Below, piece by piece: positions 26,935 through 43,486 of a stretch of DNA of 64,000 nt. Below the pieces are notes generated by a model. That model made no database searches and was not told where the DNA came from. It saw only the letters and a program-made list of their open reading frames with translations. Source of the DNA: Octopus vulgaris (Eukaryota). Within the stretch, counting starts at the first letter, position 1, and each line of letters begins with the position of its first letter. Position numbers and translations under genes: made by a program. The stretch is from contig OX597838.1 of assembly GCA_951406725.2 (NCBI GenBank), positions 13,330,001 to 13,394,000 on the forward strand, given 5' to 3'.

Positions 26935-26985
<51 letters not shown>

Positions 26986-26989
<4 letters not shown>

Positions 26990-27230
26990 TGTTATATTTC
27001 GGAATGGTATATTGCCAGTTTAGCCAATAAAAACACACGCACATATATTTGGTGTTATTTGCTTCAGTGATATTTATTTTTTACATTAATCTTAATCTTA
27101 TTTCGGCCAAAGTTCTTTCGTCACACTCCTGTGACCGCATCATGGTCCTTTGTTTCTTCTCACTTACTTGTGTCTCTCCTTACTAACCTTGGCTAAACTG
27201 GCAATATGACATTCCGAAATATAACAATAT
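26986..27230. mobile_element. (TA)n-embedded element with 42-bp inverted repeat and degenerate HHR
   Basis: Arms 26986-27027 / 27189-27230 (2 mismatches); minus UGAUGC-G-GUCAC/GUGAC-GAAA at ~27110-27148. Confidence 0.6.
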
Positions 27231-27282
27231 CTGTTTCAACACACGACTTCACATAAAAATCTTGCACAACAAATATTTAAAC

Positions 27283-27928
<646 letters not shown>

Positions 27929-28377
27929 GCACACACACACATATATATCCAATCCCAAAATAAATGTGTGTGAACACAGACACACAAACGCGCACACAGC
28001 CCTGGTCAAAAGTCTGAATACAAAAGCGATGAAAGTATTTTTATACGGTAAATACTGATGTCGATAAAAAAATATATATGAATAGAACATCGGATATAAT
28101 ATTTAGGTTTTGTTTCGTCAGTACTTTGGGTTTTGTTTTGGGTTTTTTTTTTGTTTGTTTTTTTGTAAAATACCCCGATAACCCAGTAACATTTTACAAA
28201 AGTACAGATATCATTGATATATTAATTCTCTACTCGTTATGGCACTCCGTTTGTCCCGAGTACACCGAAAATGCAGTCAGGTGTGTTTTCTGCAAAATGT
28301 TTGCACCTGTTCCCTGTCTCCCGTGTCCAAGAACACAGTATATTTTTTAATTACTTGTAAGTACACGGTACACACAT

Positions 28378-28724
28378 GAAGGCGCATGGCTCAGTGGTTA
28401 GAGCGTCGAGCTTACGATCGTGAGGTTGTGAGCTCGAATCCCGGACCGGGCTGCGTGTTGTGTTCTTGAGCAAAGCACTTTATTTCACGTTGCTCCAGTT
28501 CATTGAGCTGTAGAAATGAGTTGCGACGTCACTGGTGCCAAGCTGTATCGACCTTTGTCTTTCCCTTGGATAACACTGGTGGCGTGGAGAGGGGAGGCTG
28601 GTATGCATGGGCGACTGCTGATCTTCCATAAACAACCTTGCCCGGACTTGTGTCTAGGAGGGTAACTTTCTAGGTGCAATCCCATGGTCATTCATGACCG
28701 AAGGGGGTCTTTACCCTTACCCTT
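28378..28724 (+). mobile_element. SINE family C with 13-bp TSD
   Basis: TGGCTCAGTGG A box, GCTCGAATCC B box, TTACCC tail; TAAGTACACGGTA at 28358-28370 and 28725-28737. Confidence 0.93.
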
Positions 28725-28755
28725 TAAGTACACGGTATTTCGTTATGCAACGAGA

Positions 28756-28964
28756 AGGCGGCGAGCTGGCAGAAACGTTAGCACGTCGGACGAAATGCTA
28801 AGCGGTGTTTCGTCTGCTGTTACGTTCTGAGTTCAAATTCCGCCGAGGTCGACTTTGCCTTTCATCCTTTTGGGGTCGATTAAATAAGTACAAGTTACAC
28901 ACTGGAGTCAATATAATCGACTTAATCCGTTTGTCTGTCCTTGTTTGTCCTCTCTGTGTTTAGC

Positions 28965-28967
<3 letters not shown>
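28756..28967 (+). mobile_element. SINE family B (3' end lost in (TA)n)
   Basis: Family match. Confidence 0.9.
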
Positions 28968-29010
<43 letters not shown>

Positions 29011-29060
29011 TTATGCGTATATATATATATATACGTATATATATATATACGTATATATAT

Positions 29061-29360
29061 ATTGGTCAGAATCTTGATGACGTCCCGTTCTGCTTGACTA
29101 AGCCACCTAACGAAACGACTGGTCAAAACAGGATACAGACAAGAGGCAGTTATAATACAGCGATAGGTCACGATTGGTCAGAATGTTGATGACGTCCCGT
29201 TCTGCTTGACTAAAGCCACCTAACGAAACGATTGGTCAAAACGTTGATGACGTCACGCTACGCTGGACTGACCACCTAACAGGCATTATAAAACCCGAAC
29301 AATTCACAAGACTCATCAGAATTCACCAGAATCACCCAGCGAACACCCACCATGGGTCAT
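29061..29360 (+). promoter_or_regulatory. Pol II promoter-like module with triplicated CCAAT/CRE unit
   Basis: 3x ATTGG + TGACGTC, TATAAAA at 29287, TCA initiator-like site ~29313, CCACCATGG at 29347-29355. Confidence 0.45.
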
Positions 29361-29608
29361 CACAATTGCTCAAGGTAAAAATGAATTCCTCGCTCTTTCG
29401 GGAACATCAATCTTCTGTATTGACTGCTTTCCACCACTTTGATCTGTTTTATATATTGAATACGTATCGCCACCGTGGGCCACTACATCGAACACTTTGA
29501 ACATATAGCATGAATGAACTTACTTCAAACTATATATGAACTTTAAAATGTCTGACTCCGTTGTGTATTGTAAATGAATTTCTTGTGTTTGACGGCATGA
29601 GCTGTCTT

Positions 29609-29680
29609 TTTTTATATATAACTTTTTTTTGATAAGGTTCATTTCAGGAACTGAAACATGTTATAATGTATATATAAAAA
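29609..29680 (+). ncRNA. Hammerhead-like motif with U3-A8 core
   Basis: UUGAUAA(29629)-GGUUC/GAACU-GAAAC-AU-GUU; distal stem I TTTTTATATATA/TATATATAAAAA. Confidence 0.55.
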
Positions 29681-29725
29681 TTAAAAATTGTATAATATAG
29701 CAGCATTTTCGAACTTCATTTTTTA

Positions 29726-29813
<88 letters not shown>

Positions 29814-29917
29814 GTATATATATATATATATATATACGTATATATATATATGATTGATTGATTGATTGATTGATTCTAGTTTCAGCTCATGAGCTGTGGC
29901 CATGCTGGGGCACCGCC

Positions 29918-29976
<59 letters not shown>

Positions 29977-30395
29977 TACGTGGTGCATTCAGAAAGTACC
30001 CGTCAAATGCCTGCTGAATCTTCTGGATGGTTTGAGCTCGGGTATCAACAAGCTTTTGGCAAACCTGGATGTAATATCTCTGCTCTATGCATTCGGTGGA
30101 AACGAAAATCTGACGAGCTCACACGACATGTCTGTACTCTAGGCGTAATAGAATGTAAGAAGTGATACGGTGGGGGGGGAGAAAAATAGCGGGAGAAACG
30201 GAGAAAAAGAAAAGAACGACGGAGAAAGAGGCTGATAAACAGACGGGAAAAGACCAAAGATTAGACGGGGTGAAAGGGGGTGGGGAGAGGGTGGGTGACA
30301 GAAAGAGGGAGGGAGAGAGAGAGGTGGGGTTAGACGAATAGAGATAGTAAGAAGAAGCCAAAGTCCAGTTGGGGAGAAAGTGATAGAGACTTACA

Positions 30396-30453
30396 GAGAG
30401 AGAGGGAGAGAGAGAGAGGGAGAGAGAGAGAGGGAGAGAGAGAGAGAGAGAAG

Positions 30454-30487
<34 letters not shown>

Positions 30488-30668
30488 GGGAGAGAGAGAG
30501 AGGGTGGGAGAGAGAGAGGGAGAGAGAGAGAGAGGGTGGGAGAGAGAGGGAGAGAGAGGGTGGGATGGAGAGAGGGAGAGAGAGAGGGTGGGAGATAGAG
30601 GGAGAGAGAGAGGGGGGAGAGAGAGGGTGGGAGAGAGAGGGGGAGAGAGAGAGGGAGAGAGAGAGAGG
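30396..30668. repeat. (GA)n/GGGA purine tract
   Basis: Direct reading. Confidence 0.95.
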
Positions 30669-31444
30669 GGTAAGCAGACAGACACACACACAGAGAGAAA
30701 GAGAAGCTAAAGGCCACTTAGAAAAATGAAGGGAAGGGAGAGAGAGGAGGAAAGCGACAGAGAGAATGAGAGACTGGCAGACAGAGATTGAAAGAGGTAG
30801 AAAGAGATGTTGATTGACTTGTCAAATTGACAGATTAGCAGATTGACAGATTGACAGATTGACAGATTGACAAACCGGTAAACATAATTGTTAGAAGTTC
30901 AGGCAGGTACTTACTACAAAAAAAGTAATTAGCTTGGTTTAGCAGAAAGAAGGCTTAGTATTAATTATAACGGTGCGGTGGGGGGTGGGGGTGGGGCTGG
31001 GGGGCTGGGTGAGAAGCATAATAACTTGGGATGGGAGAATATCGCGGGGTGGCTGGTGGGATAGGTAGAAGGGTGGCGGGTGGGGAGTGACGATGGTGGG
31101 GTGGGGTGGGGTGGTGGTGGGTGGGTGGTGATGATGATGGGTTTCAATGTACTGAGACGTTGCACTCTTAAACGTTAGGGTGATCTGAATCCGATTCGTT
31201 ATTTGAATAGAATAAAGTGAAGGTGAGAAGAGAGAGAGAAGATGGGGTGGGGAAAGAGAGAGAGAGACAGGTAGACAGACAGGCAGACAGAGTGAGAGGG
31301 TGGAGAAAGAGGAGACAGACTCAATGTGTGTGTGTGTGGGTGTGTTTGTTTGTGTGTGTGTGTGTGTTTGTGTGTGTTTGTGTGTGTGCGTGTGTTTGTG
31401 TGTGTGTGTGTTTGTGTTTGTGTGTGTGTGTGTGTTTGTGTATT

Positions 31445-31491
<47 letters not shown>

Positions 31492-31811
31492 ATGTGTTTG
31501 TGTATTTGTGTGTGTTTGTGTGTGTTTGTGTATTTGTGTGTGTGTGTGTGGTACCAAGAATAAAATAGTATTGAGTGAGAAAGAAAGGATGAAACAGAGA
31601 AAGAAAAGGAGAGCAAACGAAAAAAAGAAGGTAAAATAAATAGAGAAGAAGAAGAAGAAGTACTGCAAGAAAAGGAAAGACGACAAGATATATGAATAAA
31701 TTATATTCTGTTACACTCATTTCTTATATGTGCATATGAGTGAGTGTGTGTGTGTGTGTGTCCCCGCGCGCGTGAGTATATATATGTATATATATATATA
31801 TATATATACTC

Positions 31812-32001
31812 ACGCCCGGGGTACCGTTGGCGATTTTTTTTCCCTCTGTCTTCCCTTCTCCTATGTTTCCGACGAAGAGCTCCGCTCGAAACGTTAAACC
31901 CTCCTTCTTCCCTTCCCTCCTGAGCGTCTAATAATACTATATTTGTTCCACGTCCTCGCGTTGTCGTGTTTTCTCTTTGTGTTTTCATGTTTGGATTAAC
32001 A
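31812..32001 (+). mobile_element. (TA)n-embedded Penelope-like tail with HHR (CCGACGA variant)
   Basis: CCGACGA(31869)-A-GAGC/GCUC-GAAACG..CGUC(31926-31928); copy at 39462-39660. Confidence 0.65.
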
Positions 32002-32038
<37 letters not shown>

Positions 32039-32053
32039 AATATATATGTTTCG

Positions 32054-32330
32054 CGCCCTTTTCAAGCCTAGCCAGGCTCATGGGCCCGGTTTCCCGGTTT
32101 CTGTGGCGTATGTGTACCCCGCTCCTCCCCAGCTGGACGGGACGTCAGTCCATCGCAGCGTTACCCAAGAAACAGGAAGAAAGAGCGAGAGAAAGTTGGT
32201 GCGAAAGAGTACAACAGGGGTCGCCACCCCCACCCCCACCCTGCCGGAGCCTCGTGGACCGGTCTGGGAATCGAAACCGCGATCCTCCGAACGCGAGTCC
32301 GCTGCCCTAACCACTGGGCCATTGCGCCTT
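32054..32330 (-). mobile_element. SINE family D with internal deletion
   Basis: Joins the 21961 head and 18599 tail sequences, lacking ~40 bp. Confidence 0.88.
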
Positions 32331-32353
32331 CACACACACACACACACACACAC

Positions 32354-32417
<64 letters not shown>

Positions 32418-32569
32418 GCAGGCGTGGGTGTTTGGTAAGGGGCTGCTTCCCAACCATCCTGTTCAGGGTTCAGCTGCATTACGTGGATTCTTGAGCAAGT
32501 GTTTTCTACTATAGCCTCGGGCCGACCAAAGCCTTCTTACTGGATTTAGTAGACGGTTGTTTATGCAAA

Positions 32570-32930
32570 TATCGGTGGTTTGAGAAAAGGTCGTGATTTA
32601 AGCAAAGGTCAGTGGTTCGAAAAAAGGTCGGGGGTTGAGAAAAATGTCAGCGGTTTGCGTAAAAGTCGATGGTTTGAGCAAAGATCAGTGGTTTGAGCAA
32701 AGGTCGATACTTTGAGCAAAGGTCGATGACTTGAGCAAAGGTCGGTGGCTTGAGCAAAGGCAGGTGGTTTGAGCAAAGGTCAGTAGTTTGAGTAAAGCTC
32801 GTTGGATTGAGCGAAGGTCAATAGTTTGCGTAAAGGTGGATGGTTTAACCAATTGTCGGCGGTTTGAGCAAAGCTCGATGATTTCTGCAAAGATCATTGA
32901 ATAAAAGTCAGGGGTTTGAGCAAAGATCAA
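32570..32930. repeat. Degenerate ~20-bp minisatellite (GGTTTGAGCAAAGGTCRGT-like), ~18 units
   Basis: Periodic TTGAGCAAAG. Confidence 0.85.
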
Positions 32931-34484
32931 TAAACGGAAGAACGTTAAAATTTGATGTCATTGAGTGTGTGTGAGAAAAGCTGGTTGAACGTTAGGTCTG
33001 TTAGGCGACGACGTGCAGGATAGTTTGAGCTGCGTTATTTCTTCCGTTTCTCTGTACTCTTACATTCAGCTTTGCTAGGTTTAAAATACCCAATACACGC
33101 AGTGTATCCCGTTGGCGCTCTTGCGATTCTATCAGGAATCGAAACAATAGCAAAGGTGAAGCTGAAGGTCAGTGATTTGGAGGGAAGGCCTATAGTTGAG
33201 TCTGACCTATGATTAATAATTATCCAACCGTGACCGTCCCATCTTTCATTCGGTTTTAGTCTATGTGTTCTTCTTCTTCTTCTTTACTTCTTTTACCTTC
33301 TTTTTTCGTTTGCTCTCCTTTTCTTTCTCTGTTTCATCCTTTCTTTCTCACTCAATACTATTTTATTCTCGGTACCACACACGCACGCACACACACACAT
33401 ACACACACACACAAACACACACAAATACACTAACACACACAAACACACACACACACACACACAAACACACACAAATACATAAACACACACAAATACACAA
33501 ACACACACACACACAAACACACACAAATACACAAACACACACACACACACAAACATCATCAAATGTTTCCTTCGGTTTATTTCTTTTTTTTTTTAAGACG
33601 ATAGGATGTGAATCGAGAGAAATTTCATTCGGCTGCAGTTTCTTGCTAATCCATGACCGCATGAAGGCCACGTCATTAGCTCTTGAAACGATACCTACTA
33701 CGGATCCTCTTTCGTTATGTTTCTGACGCCAGGCCGGGAACATTATATTTCTAGATGTAACACTATTGCAATTGTCATTGTTGTTTGACCCCCACGTGAG
33801 TCCTGGTCGAGTAGAACAGTATTTCCCTACCTATTTACCCCCAGGCCCCCATTTATAGCTTTCCAGAAAAATGTATGCCCTACCGGTAGTTGGGAAAAAA
33901 AACAAACATTATTTCTGATATTTCATAATTATATGACCTCCCTTTGCGAATATCATAAGGGCACAGAAAGTGTGTCTAAAGCCAGCTGGAGACGATGATC
34001 TCCTGGGGCTAAAAGCTTCAGTAACACCCACCCTTAGTGGTTAGCCATATTGAGATGGCTAGTATACTTTACATAATTATATACTTTCCTTAAAGACATA
34101 TCCATGCTAGGAGATTAGAATAGATAGACCTATACTGTAGCAAATAGTCTTCACCCAGTATGTTTGGCTGGGGGGGAGGGGTTTAAGTCTGCTGCTGCTG
34201 CTGTTGTTGCTTCTGTCCTCCAAACCCTGATTAGCCCCTAATCGAGCAGACCCACAGCCATAGGCGTCCCAGCCCCGAATTTCTAGTAAATACACGCCAC
34301 AAACGTAGCGGTTCTATTGTTAGCTCCAGTATGCTAATGTAATGGAAAAGGTCAGGGGACAAAAGTCAGAGGTCAAAGTGGAAAGGCAACGTCTGTCTCA
34401 CGTTCCGCACATTGTTCGGTTGCAATGAGAGAAGGATTTATATGTTGAATACAAGGCGAATTCCACGAATTTTCTTGGCTCCAT

Positions 34485-34485
<1 letters not shown>

Positions 34486-34533
<48 letters not shown>

Positions 34534-34852
34534 AAGAGAGGGAGAGAGAGAGAGAGCAAGAGAGAGTATGAGAGCGAGAGCGAGAGAGAGAGAATGGGAG
34601 AGAGAGAATGAAAGAGAGAGAGAGAGAGAATGAAAGAGAGCGAGAGAGAGCGAGAGAGAGAGAGAGAGCGCGAGAGAGAGAGCGAGAGCGAGAGAGAGAA
34701 TGAAAGAGAGAGAGAGAGAGAGAGCAAGAGAGAGAATGAGAGCGAGAGAGAGAATGAAAGAGAGAGAGAGAGAGCAAGAGAGAGTATGAGAGCGAGAGCG
34801 AGAGAGAGAGAATGGGAGAGAGAGAATGAGAGAGAGAGAGAGAGAGAGAGAA

Positions 34853-34892
<40 letters not shown>
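34486..34892. repeat. Complex (GA)n then (CAGA)n
   Basis: Direct reading. Confidence 0.95.
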
Positions 34893-34893
<1 letters not shown>

Positions 34894-35081
34894 AACTATC
34901 TAAAATTACAGACTTGACTTTCAAACAATTCATTTGTTTGTTCATTTATTTCACATTTTTGCCCCATTTTTAGAGGTTTTTTTAATCCCGCCTCGTTGAG
35001 ATTTTGGAATGCCTTTATGTATTGTTACTTTGGGGCACCACCCTAGGTATGTGTGTGTGTGTGTGTGTGTGTGTGTATTTA

Positions 35082-35408
35082 CAGGGTGCAGTGAATATAT
35101 CGTTTAAATTACGCAAAAAGGAAAATAACGCTGACACCTCATTTCATCAGATATATTCACTAAAATATCTTGAAATGCTAAAGAGTAAAATTGTTCAATA
35201 AAATCGCCATTGACTTCAACCACGGACTCCAGACGACTTCGGAATCTCCTGCAACTCTTCTGGACGGTCTCCTTGTTTAAGTTGGTGAATGCTGCCATAT
35301 AACCCTTGCCTGCAGTTCCTCTTTGGTGTTTCAAGGGGTTTCGTTGACCTCTCACTCATCTGCGCCCCACATATAATAATCAAGAGGGTTGCAGTCTGGG
35401 AAGTTAGG
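35082..35408 (-). pseudogene. maT/mariner transposase C-terminus with TIR
   Basis: [48 protein letters not shown]; TA|CAGGGTG end. Confidence 0.85.
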
Positions 35409-35708
<300 letters not shown>

Positions 35709-35983
35709 AAAAAAATACGCAAAACATTTAGAAGACGATACAAAAAACACGGACGGGACATTCGAAGCCTTCAATCTTCAGTCAAGAACCGGACCATCCT
35801 CGCAATTTCGGCTGATTAATCTTGAGACTGCTCCGACCTGGCCAGCCCTAAAGGAAAATCTAAGCCAAGCGCATTAGATTCCTTGGAAGAAAGCCTCGAA
35901 TGTAAACAAAACAAGGACGGGAAAAATGTATAATACTTATTATATAATGTTTATTCATGTTTTTGCACTTTTTGTTTTATTAT

Positions 35984-36281
35984 ATCGCAGTATCGCCCGG
36001 CGTTGCTCGGGTTTGTAAGGGAAATAACTATATAAGCATTTTTAGAGAGTTATAGCCAAAAAATAGCAAAAAAATGCATTAAAATGGAAAAAAATTATGG
36101 TAATTTTTTTTTTAAATCGTAGACTCATCGTAGACGCGCGCTAATACCCAGAAGGGCTCGATATGAATCACGACTATAAGATACTCGGTTTTGGTTAAAC
36201 TGCACCGCAAAATGTGGGAGTAGTTAGGAATCTAAATCGTAGGAGACAGACAGCACACAACCTCTCTTTTATATATAAAGA
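35984..36281 (-). mobile_element. Non-autonomous Helitron, cargo-less short form
   Basis: Same termini (CTAG mutated), no internal cargo. Confidence 0.85.
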
Positions 36282-36427
36282 TTTTATTTTTTCTATATTT
36301 TTATAATATATTTTATTTTTTCTATATTTCTCTATATTTTATTTTTTCTATAAAATTATTCAAAGCGTTACTCCAACACGGCCGCAGTCCAAATACTAAA
36401 ACATCTAAAAGTTAAAAGGCACACAAA

Positions 36428-36512
<85 letters not shown>

Positions 36513-37007
36513 ACTATTGGCTTTGAGCTATTTTTGTTACCAACTTTGCTATAGGTTTCTCTCGTTGGTTCTCATCCAGAAAGTAGGTGGAGGTTTTGAT
36601 TATCAAAAACGTGATGTTTTCAATAAGTTAACTTATTCATACATACACACAAATACTTATATACATACATACATACATACATGTTTTGTCAAACTATGTA
36701 TAAAAGTAATTTAATACGAAACGTGATGTAGTGAATAAGTTAACGGTTTTGGGCATGTTAAATATACATACAAATAGAGACATGTCCGGCTTATAAAGGG
36801 ACGAAATTTAGTTGAAAGAAATGTTCGTGTTTGATAGTTGGAATAAGGGAAAGCTCCTTCCGAAAGCTCTAATCCCAAAACTTTTATATTAATAAGTTCA
36901 GGGGTCGTGTTATAAACGATGTATGTAAAAAAAAAAAAAAAAAGCGAAAGACAAATCGAAAAAATCCCAATTGATAAGAATTGCCTTCTTAGTTGGCGAA
37001 AGAAAAT

Positions 37008-37640
37008 AACCACCTGGCGGAGATTCTCAGCAACTCCCAAAGAAAAGGGAAGATAATTTTTTAAGAATTTTATATTTTTACTTAAGCTCAACGCCAGGAA
37101 TTTTGGGGATAGGAAGGAGCAGGCAATTCTATTGACTCCAGTACTCGACTGACACTCAAATTTATCGACACCGGAGGGATGAAATGCAACCACCTGGCGG
37201 AGATTCTCAGCAACTCCCAAAGAAAAGGGAAGATAATTTTTTTAAGAATTTGTATTTTTATTTAAGCTCAACGCCAGCAATTTTGGGGGTAGGAAGGAGC
37301 AGGCAATTCTATTGACTCCAGTACTCGACTGACACTCAAATTTATCGACACCGGAGGGATGAAATGCAACCACCTGGCGGAGATTCTCAGCAACTCCCAA
37401 AGAAAAGGGAAGATAATTTTTTAAGAATTTATGTTTTTATTTAAGCTCAACGCCAGCAATTTTGGGGATAGGAAGGAGCAGGCAATTCTATTGACTCCAG
37501 TACTCGACTGACACTCAAATTTATCGACCCCGGAGGGATGAAATGCAAAGTTGAACTCGACTAGACTTGAACTCAGAACATAAGGAGTCGGAAACACATC
37601 AAGGTCCTTTGTCCGACGTTCTAACGATTTTGCTAATGAC
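37008..37640. repeat. ~180-bp tandem triplication containing part of an old family-B-like SINE
   Basis: Units start AACCACCTGGCGGAG at 37008, 37188 and 37368; the last unit continues into the SINE head. Confidence 0.9.
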
Positions 37641-37940
37641 TGCTTAAAATTGTTTCTAATTTAGGCAGCACAAGGCCAGCAATTTTGAGGAGAGGGAGGT
37701 GGATGATCAACTTGATCCCCCAGTACTTGACTGGTACTCTGTTTCATCGACCCCTTAGGGATGAAAGGCGAAGTTGACCCCAGCGGAAATTGGGCTTATT
37801 TACAGGTTAAAATTGGACTAACGTATTAGAACTGATCTAAAAGGTGCCTACAAAATATTTCGCTTCAACCTGGTGACGTCTACAAATAGTTTCAACTGAT
37901 TTTCCATGAGGAAATTATGGTTTCCCAAGTCATTTCTACA

Positions 37941-38705
<765 letters not shown>

Positions 38706-39036
38706 GATATCTGGTATTGAAATGCATTCATCGATTAGATCCGAAAAGGTCCTTACAAACTAAAATCAACCTAGGGGCAAAATTCCCTGTTCCTCCTCTT
38801 TTAACCCGTGTGAACTGGTCTAAGGGATATAAACCGTACTCGCCGACCCAAATTATTTATTGTTTGTTTACTGACAGCGGATTCCTACCCCAAAGAGTTG
38901 AAAATGATATGCCTTCGTCTTTAGAGTCTGACGAGTTGTCCATGGGGCTAAGCCCTTCATGGATACGAAGCCGTTGGCCACTCTATGACTGGACATATAT
39001 TTAACTGCATATATATATGTGTGTGTGTGTGTGTGT

Positions 39037-39432
39037 AGGCGCAGGAGTGGCTGTGTGGTAAGTAGCTTGCTTACCAACCACATGGTTCCGGGTTAAGTCC
39101 CACTGCGTGGCACCTTGGGCAAGTGTCTTCTACTATAGCCTCGGGCCGACCAAAGCCTTGTGAGTGGATTTGGTAGACGGAAACCGAAAGAAGCCCGTCG
39201 TATATATGTATATATATATATATGTGTAAGTGTATGTTTGTGTTTGTCCTCCTAGCATTGCTTGACAACCGATGCTGGTGTGTTTATGTCTCCGTCACTT
39301 AACGGTTCGGCAAAAGAGACCGACAGAATAAGTACTGGGCTTACAAAGAATAAGTCCCGGGGTTGAGTTGCTCGATTAAAGGCGGTGCCCCAGCATGACC
39401 GCAGTCAAATGACTGAAACAAGTAAAAAGAGT
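39037..39432 (+). mobile_element. SINE family A
   Basis: Full-length family match. Confidence 0.92.
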
Positions 39433-39656
39433 AAAAAAAAAAAAGATATATATATATATATTTTCTCCTCTGTCTTCCCTCCTTGGGATCTTTCCTTCTC
39501 CTTGTTTCCGACGAAGAGCTCCGCTCGAAACGTTAAACCCTCCTTCCCTTCTTTCCTGAGCGTCAATAATACTTTAATTGTTCCACGTCCTGCGTTGCTG
39601 TGTTTTTTTCTCTTTTTTCTCTCTTTTTTCTTTTCTGTGTTTTCTTGTTTGGATTA

Positions 39657-39709
<53 letters not shown>

Positions 39710-39871
39710 ATGAAAAAAGGGGGTCGAATTAATTAATTATTAATAAATTCGACCAAGCAGTATTCGGTATGTAAAGACCATTTACGGTATATTTGAAGTA
39801 TTAATTTATAAAAATATGGTAAAGTAAATGAATTCACTTTACCACACACCGAACTTTTCAGAAATAGCAGT

Positions 39872-39991
<120 letters not shown>

Positions 39992-40187
39992 TGTATATAT
40001 AAAACAAACTTTGGTTGTAGAACAAACAACATATATAAGGTCATTCACCTAATATATCACATTTCGAACATTTAATCACATATAAAGAAACATAATGCTT
40101 TTCCTTATACATAGAATACGGATGCATAAAATCACAAAAGATTTCATTTAGACAAGCCTATATTTAAAAAAATGTGAGTACAGCCTA

Positions 40188-40307
40188 TCGCAAAATAAAA
40201 AATTAAAAATGAATACTTCGGCGTCTAAAAAAAATTTTTTGACATTATAACACCTAAATTTTTTTTGACGCTGAGGCATTAATTTTTAATTTTTTTATAT
40301 TGCGATT
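40188..40307. repeat. Imperfect AT-rich hairpin, ~50-bp arms
   Basis: ATCGCAAAATAAAAAATTAAAAAT..CTTCGGCGTC vs GACGCTGAGG..ATTTTTAATTTTTTTATATTGCGAT. Confidence 0.7.
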
Positions 40308-40395
40308 TTTTTTAATTACCGATTTGTTAATAATAGATAATTAATTTTCTACTCTCCATTTCCTTTTCTTTACTTGACTGGATATGAACTATATG

Positions 40396-40465
<70 letters not shown>

Positions 40466-40475
40466 TTTATATATT

Positions 40476-41569
<1,094 letters not shown>

Positions 41570-41574
41570 TATAT

Positions 41575-41611
<37 letters not shown>

Positions 41612-41706
41612 AGACAGACGACACAAAGAAAACAAGGACGAGTCTTTCGGAGTATTCTATCCTCAGTCGAGTTCCAGATTATCTTTGCAATTTCGGCTGG
41701 TTATAT

Positions 41707-41771
<65 letters not shown>

Positions 41772-41831
41772 AAATCAAACAAACAAACAATTCAAGAACA
41801 GGGGAAAAAGAAACAACGAACGTGTATATTG

Positions 41832-41897
41832 ATTTGACGCTCTGTGAAGGGGGAGAGTTGCTGTTAACGTTTCAAGCATAGCTCCTCTTCAGAAACA
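41832..41897 (-). ncRNA. Hammerhead ribozyme, canonical core, long loop III
   Basis: GUUU-CUGAAGA-G-GAGC UAU GCUU-GAAACG..CGUC-AAAU. Confidence 0.65.
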
Positions 41898-42012
41898 GGA
41901 AAAATAAGGAAAAATTGCCAACAGACCACGTGCGATTATATTTCTAAAGTGCCACATATACATACATATATATGTATATATATACATATATATGTACACA
42001 TACATACATGCT

Positions 42013-42043
<31 letters not shown>

Positions 42044-42051
42044 CTATATGA

Positions 42052-42162
<111 letters not shown>

Positions 42163-43234
42163 AAATTAATAAATAAATAAAACATGCATATATACATACA
42201 TATATGTACGTACCTACCTCTACATGTATATATACATGCATATATGGGTACAGGACAGCAAAAAACGTCGAACACACTGAGAAACGAAAACATAAACACA
42301 AAACCAAGGAACTGGACATTTTTCTTAAACAACGAAAAAATAGAGTACAGGACATACAATACAAGGAAAATTCCCCTTCTTCAGTCGCCTTTGTTTCATT
42401 TACTCCACGTTTCGAAAGGTCAAGGTGATACATGACTCCGATGAAACATTCCTTCCCGCGAAAATCAAATTAAATTAAATTTGGTAAAAATGGTAACAAA
42501 TTTGGTAAAAATGGTAACAAAAACAGGACAGTAACGACAGTACAAAATATAAACAGTAAAAGACAGGACAAGGAGAATAACAGTAACACAAACAAGAAGG
42601 GCTGTTAAGCCGAACGAGATAAACATTTTTTTTTTTTTGTGTGACGTATGTGCAGTGTAAACAATGCTGTCGAGGAATACTAAACCGAAAGAAGCAAGTA
42701 ACGAAATTGCAAAAGACAAGCATACACGTACATAGAAACACTCACATACAAAAGCAATGCACACACAAACCCATACGCGCGCGCAGTTACGATAGCATCT
42801 AGTATTATAAATATTGCGGGCTTACGTCTAGCATCTAACGTTACAGTGAAATAAATCCTTGAAAATAAACACGCTATTTATACCCATCTCATCCCTTCTC
42901 ATCCCTTCTCTCCACCTCCGCATCTGTTTTTCCTGCTTTCTTTTCTTTTCCTATGACCCCCCCCCCATCTCGCTTATTTCCCGCCCCGTCTTCTTTCTCT
43001 TACACTTTCTACGTATAACTTTCTTCTTCTCCCCCCTCATCTCTCTCTCTCTCTCTCTCAATCTCTCTCTCTTCTCCTTACCTACCTACCTAACTACCTC
43101 CATATCTATTTCACTGTCTATCTATTCATATCTGTCTTATTTTACACATATGGTGTGCAGCGTGCTTGAATATCTATGTAGCTGGATGGATAGACAGACA
43201 GACAGACAGACAGATAAATGGAAAGATAGATAGC

Positions 43235-43486
<252 letters not shown>

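Noticed and set aside
28378-28452. tRNA-like sequences at SINE heads (also 4806, 11933, 22087)
   Set aside because: No complete cloverleaf; they continue into SINE bodies with tails and TSDs.
35755-35790. CUGAAGA/CUGAGGA motifs in the family at 6521, 35761 and 41641 (minus), and at 42370
   Set aside because: GAAA or stems I/III are missing or inconsistent; not counted as hammerheads.
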